Assembly (NCBI GenBank): GCA_040357565.1
Contig: JBDODJ010000109.1
DNA: 37,377 nt
From: Cercozoa sp. M6MM
Taxonomy: Eukaryota; Protista; Endomyxa: Ascetosporea
Strand: one strand, 5' to 3'
Shown here: piece by piece, positions 11,950-22,103 of the stretch
How the letters are laid out: every line of letters begins with the position of its first letter
Numbering within the stretch: the first letter of the stretch is position 1
Position numbers and translations under genes: made by a program
Notes under the pieces: generated by a model
What the model saw: only the letters and a program-made list of their open reading frames with translations
What the model was told of the DNA's origin: nothing
Databases searched by the model: none

Positions 11950-13973
11950 ATGGACGACGCCCAGAGAGCCGCTCATGTGCGCTACTTTAGTCATTTCTTG
12001 TCGATCGTGCCACAGGGTACAGCAGTGTTGCTCGTGGTCGGTGTTGTGGCTTGTTTGTGGTTGAGTCGGGTTCGGATGCAGCCTACGAGTCGGTGCTGGA
12101 CTCGCAGAGAATGACGGCAGTGATGTTTGCCACGTGTGCCCTTGGACTACTGAAGCCAGAGGTAGAAGTCTCTCGGGGGGGGGGGGGCGCCGGTATTTAG
12201 GCTATATGATGTGGCTATAGCTGGAGTTGGCTTGTATGGTGTGGTTAAAGGGGCTGTAAACTGTCGATGTGGCTACAGGAAAAACATGCCGAGGTGATCG
12301 AATGGATCTATGCGCAACAACTGCCGCATCGTGATGGTTTTTTCAACGGTTTTTTATTTGGGGGAGGGGTAGGGGACAAAGGGAAGGGTAAGGATTGAGT
12401 GTCAGCAGACAGCAGCGTGGGCGGCTTTCGCGCGGGCCCACATGTGCACGGGTCGGCATGTGACACGGGTCACCTCGCCATGACCTACTGCGCCTTGTGC
12501 TCGCTACTGGTAAACCCTGTGGGGGGGGGGTACAGGGGTAGGGACAGAACTGTCTGCGCAGGTGGCAGGCGACGATTTGAGTCGCGTCGATGTCGACTCT
12601 GTCAAGCAGGCCATCCGGTTTACCCCCTTTTACCCCCCCTTTACCCCCCTTTACCTCCCTACCCCTACCCCAGGTCGCTGCAACGGCCGTGCGGAGGCTT
12701 CGCCGCGTCACCGATATTTGAGACTGACATGCGGTACTTTTGCCCCCCCCCCCTCTTTAGCCCCCTTCTTTAAACCCTGTTTGCCCCCTATTTACCCCTG
12801 TTAACCCCCTATTTACCCCCTGTTTACCCCCCTGTTCACCCCCTGTTAACCCCCTGTTCACCCCCTATTTACTCCCTGACCCCCGGGCAGTTTCGTGTAC
12901 TGCGCCGCTGCTATCTGCCGCATTCTCAATGTGCCGGTCGAGGAAGGTAGAGAGCCCCCTTAAGCAAGTATCAGATTGGTCTATTTGTCCCGTAATTTGT
13001 CCCGTACACAGTGATGGACGTGAACGCTGCTGTGGCTTTTGTTAAGCGTGCGCAGTCGTTCGAAGGCGGCTTTGGCACCAATCAGCACCGCGTTAGTTTT
13101 TTGCCCCCTGCCCCTTACCACCCCCCCTTAATTACACTTTTTACACCTTGCTATACCCTTGCCCTTGCCCTTGCCTTTGCCCTTGCCTCTTTGTGCACCC
13201 TTTATACCCTCCTGCCATGACAGGAATCGCACGGCGGCAGCACTTTTTGCGCCGTCGCTTCGCTCGTTTTGTTGCGTCGGTTGGACGACGCGCTGCCTGT
13301 ATTTCCCTTCCCCCCCACCCCTTTAACCCCCTAATCCCCTTTAACCTCTGGCAGGAAGGATCGGACGAGCGCAAGACATTGTGTCGCTGGGTCTTGCGAC
13401 GACAGGGCGGTACTTAACTCCTACATCCCTACCCTTATCCCTTTTACCTCACTCTTACCCTTATCTCTATACCCCTTTGGTAGACGGTTGGTGTGGCCGA
13501 GCCGGCAAACCTCAGGACACGTGTTACTCCTTCTGGCTCGGGTCCACGGCGCGTCTACTGGGTTGTAAGCTTCCTTTACCCCCAGCCTACCCTTCCCTTT
13601 ACCTTCCACCCCTATTCTTAACCCCCCTCTGCAGTGGAGGAGTACCTGCAAGATGACGCAAATCTCGAGTTTGTGCTCAAATGTCAAAGTGTGAAATATG
13701 GCGGTTTTGGCAAGGATCAAGAGGTGCTAGAGTTTTACCCCCCCCCCCCCGCCTCCTTTACCCCTACCCCAGGCACTGCCGGATCTGATGCACGCCTACC
13801 TTGGTTTGGCTGGACTGTCACTCATGCGGCAACCCGAGGTGCGCTCTGTCCCACCCCTTTGTCAGGCTGTATACGTTGTGTGTGTACAGATCAAGTTGCC
13901 GCCGTTGGACGAGGCGCTCAATCTGCCGCTGTCCGCGTGTCCTGCGCACTACCTCGGCTCGCGTGCGCGCTAA
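11950..13973 (+). CDS. PGGT1B: Geranylgeranyltransferase type I beta subunit (about 14 exons)
   Basis: HVRYF...EWIYAQQ...GGFR...GHLAMTYCALCSLL|VAGDDLSRVD...ETDMR|FVYCAAAIC...QSFEGGFG...ESHGGSTFCAVASL...GRAGKPQDTCYSFW...GGFGK...PDLMHAYLGLAGLSL. Prenyltransferase repeats with the GGTase-I-type GDDLSRVD and HxYLGLAGL motifs. Confidence 0.92.
12740..12885. repeat. Intronic C-run minisatellite (CCCCCT(G/A)TT(T/A/C)A)
   Basis: Same unit, in sense orientation, as the PX-gene intron repeat at 115-352. Confidence 0.85.
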
Positions 13974-14186
13974 CTAATTACTATAAAGCAACTCCTGTCG
14001 AGTTCTGGGCCGGCCCAGTCAAAAGTAGCTTGTTGCTCGCGAATCTACTGTCAATTTACGAACTCTGTCCTGAATGCAGGTTTCCACTTCGCAGTCAGTA
14101 CAATGCCGAGCCAGCGCTCGCACTCTGCTCGCTTCGGCAATCAGACAATCGCAGCATAGCATAGACTCAAAAAAAAATTAACAGTA

Positions 14187-14330
14187 AAATGTGGGCACCC
14201 TTCGTCTGGTCCACCGCATCGAAGTCAATACACCAGTAAAGCTTTAAGGAGGGCCCGTGCATCTGCCGGCGGTATGAACAAGTTGTCCCTTATTGGGTTG
14301 AAGGGGTACTCTAGCCTGTCACCACCGAGC
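14187..14330 (-). ncRNA. Candidate box H/ACA snoRNA, divergent from NMD3
   Basis: About 144 nt. Hairpin 1 has CGGTGGT/ACCGCCG and CCCTT/AAGGG stems. The hinge CAGATGCAC is a non-canonical H box. Hairpin 2 has lower stem GGGCCC/GGGTGCCC, upper stem CTGGT/ACCAG and pocket AGCTTTA + (G)ACGAAG. Then ACA+3 nt (14192-14187) and a downstream T9 run (14177-14169). G-U pairs favour the minus strand. Confidence 0.6.
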
Positions 14331-14340
14331 GATACTTAGG

Positions 14341-14454
14341 TTACTGGCCCAAGGTTCAGTCCACACAGTCCGCGGGATTTAATGCACGTCCATTTCACTC
14401 GAGTCATGGGGCGGAAAACAACTGTAGACATCGACATCGCTTGTGAGTGGCCCA
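14341..14454. promoter_or_regulatory. Candidate (AC)TGGCCCA cis-elements in the snoRNA/NMD3 bidirectional region
   Basis: TTACTGGCCCA at 14341-14351 and TGGCCCA at 14448-14454. The identical 11-mer recurs at 15898-15908 and ACTGGCCCA at 15858-15866. Confidence 0.4.
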
Positions 14455-14625
14455 GGTATCGATATTGATTGGAGGTGATTAAAATTACTGCTCGCAGTCG
14501 ACAGCACAACGAAAACCTGAAACAGATGATGAGAATTTTTGGACAAAAATAGCCACCCAGCGAAACGCCAACGCGCGGCCTAGCGGGCAGTAGTGAGTGC
14601 GTGTTTACGAACTTGACGACCCAGA

Positions 14626-17401
14626 ATGAGCGGCCCAATGTAAGTCACGCATCATTTGTGTATTCGATGTTGTTGTGACGTTTTTTTTCGAGAATTTCCC
14701 TTTTGTGTGTTTTGGTTGTTGGTCGCAGGCAAATGCAGCCGCAGATGGGCATGACAGGCGGCGAGGCAGTGCTGTGCTGTCTGTGCGGTGCGAGTATGGA
14801 GCCGAACGCAGCGAACATGTGCGCGCGGTGTCTGCAGGACCAGGTGGACGTGACGGAGGGCATCACGCGCCAGGTGACGCTGTTCCACTGCCGCGACTGC
14901 AGCAAGTTCTTCAAGTCGCCCAACTGGGTGCTGGCCGAACTCGAGTCGCGCGAGCTCATGAATCTGTGTCTGCGCAAGGTCAAGGGTCTCGACAAGGTGC
15001 GTCTCGTGGACGCCTCGTGGATCTGGACGGAGCCGCACTCGCGCCGCCTCAAGGTGAAGCTCACCGTGCAGAAGGAGGTCATGACTGGTGCCCATTGTCT
15101 CTCTGCATGCATCTGTCTCTATATCTAGTATCTGTCCTGTATGTGTGGACAGGCGTGGTGCTGCAGCAGTCCTTCTCGGTCGAGTACGTCATGACGAACC
15201 AGCAGTGCACGGACTGTCAGAAGTCCTACACTGAGCACACCTGGGTGGCCTCGCTGCAGGTAGACTTGTCCACCCCCCCCCCCTGTTGTTACCCCTGTGT
15301 TACCCCTGTGTTACTGTATGTGTTGGTGTGTGCGTGTTGCAGTTGCGTCAGAGGTGCGATCACAAGCGCACCTTTTTGTTCCTGGAACAGCTGATTCTCA
15401 AGCACGGCGTCACTGACTCCGTCGTCGGTATCAAGGAGGTCACGCAGGTAGTCTTGTCCCTCCTGTTGCTTCCCTGCGTGTTCCTGTATGTTGTTGCATG
15501 TGCTACAGGGCCTCGATTTCTTCTTCTCGTCCAAGAGCGCGTGTCTCCAGATGCAGGACTTTATCAACGGTATCATTCCGCTCAAGACCAAGGAGTCCAA
15601 GCGCCTCGTGTCGCAGGTACACCCTGCTTCTCCTCGGGCCCTTTTCTTGTGCTTGTCTTTGTGTTTGGTGTGGTGATGCTGTCACTAAATGCTTCGTACT
15701 GCTGTAGGACTTCTCGAACAACACAACGCGCTACAAGTACACCTTGTACGCCGAGATGGTCCCGGTGTGCAAGGACGATCTCGTTGTGCTGCCGGTAAAC
15801 ATTACAACTGCTTCATACCCTACTTTATCACACTAAATTACCCAAAATTCTCTATGCACTGGCCCAATGCATATTTTCGGCTGATCCGTCTTGGAATTTA
15901 CTGGCCCATGATGTTGGATTTTGTGAATTTTGAATATTGCGGTTTTTGTCCTGTTGGTCCCTCGTGTGCTGGTTGCTGTGATGATTTTATCATCTACCCG
16001 ACGAAGGTTTGAGTATGCCTGAGCCTGTCTCCGCTCGTGCTGAGCACTTTGACAGCGCGCATGGCATGCTTGGCCTTGTTCAACCTTGTGGAACATTTAT
16101 GTCATAGTTACTCTGAGCGCCCCTTTTGTTTTCTGTTTTACGGTTTGTTTGTTTTCGTTCTCACAGCGCAAGCTTGCCAAGCGTCTCGGCGGCGTGCCGC
16201 AGACGATGCTGTGTGTGCGTGTATCGCGAGACATCCACTTGGTAGACCCGCAACTCTGTATTGATGCAACGTCATTTAATGGTTTGTATATCGTTTGTGC
16301 AGTTGGATCCGGACACACTTACGTCCACACGTGTCACGTCGCGCAACTACTGGACTCATGTAGCATTTGTTTTTGTTTGTTTTTCACTTGTTTGATGCGC
16401 GCCTGTGACGTGTTTCATTTTCGTAGGAATTCTTGCCATTGTGCAACGTGAACCATCTGTCGCGCTTCATGGTCTACAGGTAGCCAGTAGTCTTTGTCCA
16501 TTTGAACCTAGCAGCTTGCTTGGCTCATCTGTTTAAATGTGCGCAGTGTCGAGCCAACAGGCCACGGCAAGAACGCTCAGCGATTGGGTAGGCCATCCGT
16601 GTCGGTGCGTGCAGTGTGTTTGGGCATTTGGGAGTGTGTCTGGTGTCTGCAGGCAAGTTCTTGTTGGCCGATGTTGAGCTCGTTCGTGAGGACGACTATG
16701 GCATGCCTGACGCACAGGTGTGTTCCTTGTGTGTTCCCCGTGAATTCTCATTACGCTCGTGCTATCGACTTGTATCTTGGCAGATCTTTGCGGCGCGAAC
16801 GCACTTGGGTCACATCTTGCACGAAGGCGATATTGTGGTATGTTTGTGTTCTAGTACCTGCTCGTGAAGTCGAAGGTAGCGATGCTATGTGTCTGTCTGA
16901 ACAGTTGTGCTACGACCTGACGTCGCGCAACTTCAACAGCACCGATGCCGACGACCTCCAGCAGCGCGGACAGCTGCCGGAGATTGTAGTGGTCAAGAAG
17001 CACTACGAGAAGCGGCGGAAGCGCAAGTGGCACCTCCGACGCCTCGCCATGGAACGCGACGCCGCCGACGACGCGCGACGCAAGGGCCAGGTGCGCTCAC
17101 TTTGTTACCTTTTTGTATTTTACGTGTATTTACGAGTTATTGATTTCCTCATACTGAGCGTATTGGTGTTGTCGCTGCTCAGCGTGCCGCCATGCTGGAG
17201 AGCGAGCTCGAGCGGCGCGACCGCGAGCACTTCCTGCGCGACCTCGAGGAGGATAGCGACATGCGCAACATGGTCAACGTCTACCGCGACGAGACCGGCG
17301 CCGAGACCGATGCCGACATGGCCGACGACGAAGCCGATGGCAGCAACGACGTCGCGCCGGCCATTCCGATCGAGGAGATGCTCGCTTCGGTGTCGATCTA
17401 A
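14626..17401 (+). CDS. NMD3: 60S ribosomal export adaptor NMD3 (about 14 exons)
   Basis: CCLCG...NAANMCARC...HCRDC...ELESRELMNLCLRK...LVDASWIWTEPHSRRLKVKLTVQKEV...QCTDC...LRQRCDHKRTFLFLEQLILKH...GLDFFF...PVCKDDLVVLP...RTHLGHILHEGD...FLRDLEEDSDMRNMVNVY. Every intron is GT-AG and keeps frame. Confidence 0.97.
15974..16046 (+). ncRNA. Candidate intronic box C/D snoRNA in the longest NMD3 intron
   Basis: Box C GTGATGA 15978-15984, D' CCGA 15998-16001, box D CTGA 16040-16043. Terminal TGC/GCA pairs sit in K-turn register. The host intron (about 15795-16166) is several times longer than the other NMD3 introns. Confidence 0.7.
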
Positions 17402-17439
17402 TCCTCCCCTATCGAATACGACCAGGCTCTTGTATTAAC

Positions 17440-17805
17440 GTTAGTTAGTTGAGTATTCTAAGAAACCAGTCTGGGGTGGGTCATTCCTTGCAGTTGGGAG
17501 TCCTGAGTCTGCCTCTGGCATTGCATTCATTGCACTTTAGCGGCATTTGGGCGTAGTTGTAGTACTTGAAGCTTCCAAGTCTGTTGCAGAGGAATCTTGA
17601 AAGTGTGCGGATGTCTGCGATGCTGATATGTTTCCAAGGGTAAACTTTTTTGAAACATATCAAGAACTCTGACTCTAGCCCTTCTGGGAGGGCGTTGTCG
17701 CTGTTTCGCATTTGTTTTTTTCAATTTCTTGTGATCTTTGTTTCCTTTGGTCCAGTTTCTCCTGTTGTGAAAGTTCCTTCCTTTCATTGCTTCTTTGTCT
17801 GCGAG
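17440..17805 (-). mobile_element. 5'-truncated, internally deleted LINE copy (RNase H end, part of Zn-finger region, 3' tail), inverted
   Basis: Its reverse complement aligns with 18225-18600 (LADKEA...KCNECNARGRLRTPNCK) and with the 3' end at 19128-19193. Terminal 29-mer matches at 26/29; (TAAC)n tail. Confidence 0.85.
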
Positions 17806-19193
17806 CAAGTAGACAAAATGAGAATCTTAGGTCTCCTCATAGACAGAAACCTGTCATACGAGGCACACGCAGAGCAACTACACACCACAAAATCACTCGG
17901 AGGATCAACACAGCGAAGCAGGCTACGGTTGGGCATCCAGGGAAACCAGTCAATGGAAGACTAAGATCTGGCAATGGCAAAATCACCAACGCGACTATCT
18001 ATGATGCAGAACGAGTTGCCATAATGCAATGCATCAAACACGCTAAAGAAAAAGGAGAAATCCGTATCGCACTCCTGATTGACAACAAAGGAACAATCTT
18101 GCACCTGACAACACCCCAAAGAACAGAGATGGATGAGATTGATGCACAATTGGAGGAACTGACAAAGGACATGCACATCTTGGTACACTGGGTACCATCA
18201 CACATCGGCATTCACCTCAACGAACTAGCAGACAAAGAAGCAAAGAAAGGAAGGACAGCCACAACAGGAGAAACTGGATCAAAATAATCTAAGACCACAA
18301 GAAACTGAAAAAGCAGACGCGAAACAGCAAAAACAATGAACCGCAACGCCCTCTCAGAAGGGCCAGAGTCAGAGCTCTACAGAAAACACACATCAGAAAC
18401 CCTTGGAAACATATCAGGAACTCAAACAAACTCCTCAGAATAGCCAAAGAGCGCAAACTCAGCATCGCAGACATCCGCACACTTTCAAGATTCCTGCGAC
18501 AGACTTGGAGCTTCAAGTCTACAACTACGCCCAAATGCCGCGAAAGTGCAATGAATGCAATGCCAGAGGCAGACTCAGGACTCCCAACTGCAAGGGATGC
18601 AAACAACGACTACAAAAACGCGAAGTAAGCGAGTGCCCCGACTGCGCGGGTACCTGGGAAAATGCAGAAGACACTCTCGACACGTACCACCGATTGCTGG
18701 AATGCAAGGTAACGGAAGCTATCAGAAACAGCACCAATGTGGCCCAATAGCGCACCCTGAAGACATACTGGCCAACCTTGAGAACCTAGCAACACTCAAC
18801 AGAATGCACCAAGGCCCCAAGATCTCCTGGGACGAGGAAAAACTGTCGAAGGACAACCAGCCTCCCAGCAGGCACTGGACCGAGAGGTCCCCGACACAGA
18901 CTAGGCCACCACTCACAGCAGTGGTGGCCCTAAGTCTATGTCCGTTTGTCGGAGAGACGGGAGGACGACGACGGGACGACCCGACGCCGCCTGCAACGCC
19001 TCTCTAAACTTACTTGTAGCCCGCTCCCCGCTCCAACCATGAAGTCGACTTCGTTGTCCGGGAAACTTCAACAGGGAGCTGTATGGTCCTACCCTAAGCG
19101 TGCGCTAGGCACGGCCATGCTCTTGTGGCCCACCCCGGACATGTGCAGGGAACTACTTAGTTGGTTTCCTAGAAGACTCAACGAACTAACTAA
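17803..19193 (+). mobile_element. Decayed RNase H-containing non-LTR retrotransposon (I/Ingi/Tad-like), 5'-truncated
   Basis: End-of-RT motif MRILGLLIDRNLSYEAH; RNase H (AGYG, IYDAERVAI, LIDNK, HWVPSHIGIHLNELADKEAK); C-terminal CCHC (CPDC...YHRLLEC). Frameshifts and stops, A-rich sense strand, AACTAACTAA tail. Confidence 0.88.
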
Positions 19194-19289
19194 AATTTTG
19201 TGTTTGAAATAATTGGATGACATTCTTGGCTGCGGGAACCGTATTTGTGCTCGGCTGTATGCGGATAATATTTTTAGTACTGCACGATT

Positions 19290-19745
19290 CTACTCACTCG
19301 GCTTTGTGCCTGACGGGTGATCTTCGACTTCTTCTGGGTCCAGTGATCCTGCCAACAATTTAAATAACGGAGTCGCCGGAGTGGATTAAACTAGCGTACC
19401 GCTTGGAACCTTCGGGGGTTCAACTGCCTGAAGGCTCTTGTTGTTCGACACGAGAGCGGTAGCAAAAAACAATGCTCGCATTTCAGTTTTGAATTCTCGC
19501 ATTTCAGTTTTGAATTCTCGCATTTCAGTTTTGAATTCTACGTTCAAACAGAACATTAAACTGCTTCTGGATATTGTGGCATAGACAAGACAATAAGTTT
19601 ATAGTTTATAGTACCGTTGGTCGACTCTTGGAGACTTTTCTGAAATTCTGTCAAAACCCGCGTAAGTTCACTTTTGGTAGAGCCAAAGGAAGAACTCCGA
19701 GCGAGGTAGTACCGTCGGCCGACGCCTGGAGTCTTTTCTGGAATT
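19290..19745 (-). CDS. Cryptic coiled-coil repeat protein (3' exons only; start lies upstream, about 19750-20050, unresolved)
   Basis: Exons 19745-19713, 19647-19615, 19537-19400 and 19348-19290 are all AG/GT bounded and phase 1. They read EFQKRLQASAD|EFQKSLQESTN|EFKTEMREFKTEMREFKTEMRALFFATALVSNNKSLQAVEPPKVPS|GSLDPEEVEDHPSGTKPSE*. A second frame is also open. Confidence 0.6.
19475..19537. repeat. Perfect 21-nt tandem repeat x3 (CTCGCATTTCAGTTTTGAATT)
   Basis: Directly visible; encodes EFKTEMR heptads on the minus strand. Confidence 0.95.
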
Positions 19746-20106
19746 CTGTCAAAACTCGCGTAAGTTCCCTTTGGTAGTACCAAAACACCCAGCACATTGA
19801 ACCCAAAACCAATAGACTGTACAGGTACAGTATCGATTAAACACCGATTTGTACAGTGTATTGTACGTTGTAGTTTGTTTGCTAGACCGACAAATGGCTC
19901 TAACGCCGACGATGCCGCTTTAAATTGTGTTCAGAGAGTGTTTTGGACTAATGTTGGTGCGTATCTAACAGTTTTGGCTCGGTTTCTGCAGGAAACAGAT
20001 CCGCCATTAACCCTTGAGATTTTTGTACTACGTTATGGGGTTGCTTTCGGCGGGGATACAGTAGTTCATGCTGTAAGAATGCTCCAACTCGCAGCTAGGG
20101 CTGCGG

Positions 20107-20435
20107 TCAGATACGGTAGCAGCGCAGTACTTCGTCGGCACAGAGCGAGAGCAAGGTGCCCTCACGCGAGAGACACAATGCGCGCACACTCTCGCAGTCC
20201 GTGCCCGTGGCAGTGAACATGGGCGCTTGCATACGTGTGCTGTCGTCGTTTCCTGCTCCGGATCGATCCACGGGCAGGAAGAAGCAGGTGCCGACCTCGG
20301 TGCCGCACCAAACGCCTTGAGGCGTGCCGGCCAGCGCCGTGACCGGAGTGCTTTCGGTGGCGAATCGGCGCAGCGGACACTCGAGTTTACGCACGTCGTA
20401 CACATCGACAACGCCCTGCAGATAGCAACTATACA

Positions 20436-20477
<42 letters not shown>

Positions 20478-20873
20478 TATATCTAAATACATGTTTAATA
20501 GCACAGACTGTAGTGAGAGAGAGGAGCACGTGTGAAACTAACATGTTGCGTGCCGATGGCGACAGTGTAGGGAGTCAGTGTGGTCACAGACGTCACTCGC
20601 TTACTCTCGACTTGTCGGGCGACTCGTTTATCTGTTGGAAGGTTAGAGTAGGGAAGCACAAGGGTAGTAGAAAGTAGGGTAGGTGTCGCACACACCACGC
20701 GAGTCGATCAGATAAAACGCGCCGTCGCAGGCAGCGACAACGCCGGTGCAGGTGCGAGCCAAGGCATGCACCGGTCCGTCGGCATTGTGCACCTCGAGAC
20801 ACGCCTGTTGCGAGACGTCCCAAAGTCGCACACTGCCATCACGCGACGATGACCACACCTAGACATATTGGTC

Positions 20874-20928
<55 letters not shown>

Positions 20929-22103
20929 ACACACGCACACACACACACGCACACACACATACACACACGCACACACACACACACACATACACACACACAG
21001 ACTGACACTAGAGACTGACACTAGGGCTACCTGTCGACCTCTGGCATCGGAGGCAATGTCAACAACGACACCAGTGACTGGCTACAGTGCAGGTACACAT
21101 GCACGGACAAAATGTACCGACTGTGTTTACCCGCGTGTGCAGTCGCGGTAGCACAAAGACGCTCGAGTCGCCGACACTGTCGTCAGGCAGAGCGACGATG
21201 CGCAGCTCGCCCGTGTCGCTGCCGCTCAGCACGACGCGACCCGACGGAAACACGTCGACGCTGTCCTTACCCCACCCCAGTATATCATAGCTCAAATGAA
21301 GCAGCACTGCACTATCCACTCAAACCACAAAAGCTGTGTTTTACGCGTTGACACTGCTCGTTTGCGCATCGATCGACTTCCATTCCGTCCCGTCGTCAGA
21401 CTGGAGGTGCCATGCACATTCTCACGTCGAATCAAAAACCGACTGGTACCACTCGAACGCGACCATCGTTGCAGGCTAGGAAAATCTTCTCTTCGGTGGC
21501 TACGACACTCGTTCTGTCAAAACACAAATCGAAACTGTCGATCGAAAGCAAGCACAGAACAACAACAGAAAACTCACGCCGAAGCGACTTTGCGCTCTGC
21601 TGACGGTGCGATCTACAGTTCAGGCAGTGTTCCAGTCCCACGAAAGAACAAGACACATGTATGCTCAACCAGTTGAATTGAGACTCCTTTGTCGGCACAA
21701 CGAACGTCACCGCGCAGCTCTTCGTTGCGCCGAAAACTGTAAAAGAAACAACACACACTGTTTGTTCTCCAAGCACTCTCCAGTCAGTTATAAAGTTGCA
21801 AAGCAGAGACTACGAGAAAACATTATCCACTGTTTTAAACGTGTGAGAACAAAACGTGGCCTCTCCAAACACGTTCTGATATCACATCGACAGACTGAAT
21901 TGTGACCACGTAGAAATACTGTTGGTAGATACCTCGGTTGGGTCACTATCCGAATGGAACTCGTGCCGACGCGACAGGTTTACGAATCCCTTTTCTATGA
22001 GCAAGGTAAAAATTGTTCTCATTCGCGTAGTGGTTCGTTAGGTACCATCAGCGCCGAGTTTCTGCCACTCTGGATGAACGGTGACAAACCAAAATCGCTC
22101 CAT
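20107..22103 (-). CDS. PAAF1: WD40 proteasome base-assembly chaperone PAAF1/Rpn14-like
   Basis: MERFWFVTVHPEWQKL (cf. the IQxDW start), VFPSGRVVLSGSDTGELRI, DIASDARGRQ|VWSSSRDGSVRLWDVSQQACL, GVVDVYDVRKLECPL, ends ADEVLRCYRI*. Motif order matches PAAF1 as I recall it (FPSGLVVLSG; DRGRNVVSASRDGTARLWDCGRSACL). Confidence 0.72.
20877..20999. repeat. (CA)n intronic microsatellite
   Basis: Directly visible. Similar tracts: (TA)n about 20440-20475, (TG)n about 23367-23409, (TG)n about 32653-32747, (CA)n about 35152-35213, mixed TA/GA/CA about 36790-37085, (TG)n 37329-37377. Confidence 0.95.

Noticed and set aside
14050-14155. Second H/ACA RNA around the TGCCGA/TCGGCA hairpin
   Set aside because: The hairpins are too short and there is no acceptable H box or pocket.
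14285-14305. Telomerase RNA template (TTCAACCCAAT on the minus strand, resembling ciliate CAACCCCAA)
   Set aside because: It sits in a 9-nt apical loop closed by CCCTT/AAGGG, no pseudoknot is evident, and the H/ACA guide model fits better. Worth revisiting only if the telomeres are (TTGGG)n.
16242-16302. NMD3 intron start (GTAGACCCG, VDP) mimics the next exon (LDP), suggesting intron gain by duplication
   Set aside because: The similarity covers only about 9 nt and is compatible with chance.
17440-19193. DNA transposon with TIRs, or Penelope-like element
   Set aside because: The inverted ends are duplicated LINE 3' tails. The coding remnants are RT end, RNase H and CCHC, with no transposase, GIY-YIG or hammerhead core seen.
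19475-19790. CRISPR-like array
   Set aside because: The 21-mers have no spacers, the 78-bp repeat has only two copies and is explained by exon duplication, there are no cas genes, and the context is eukaryotic.
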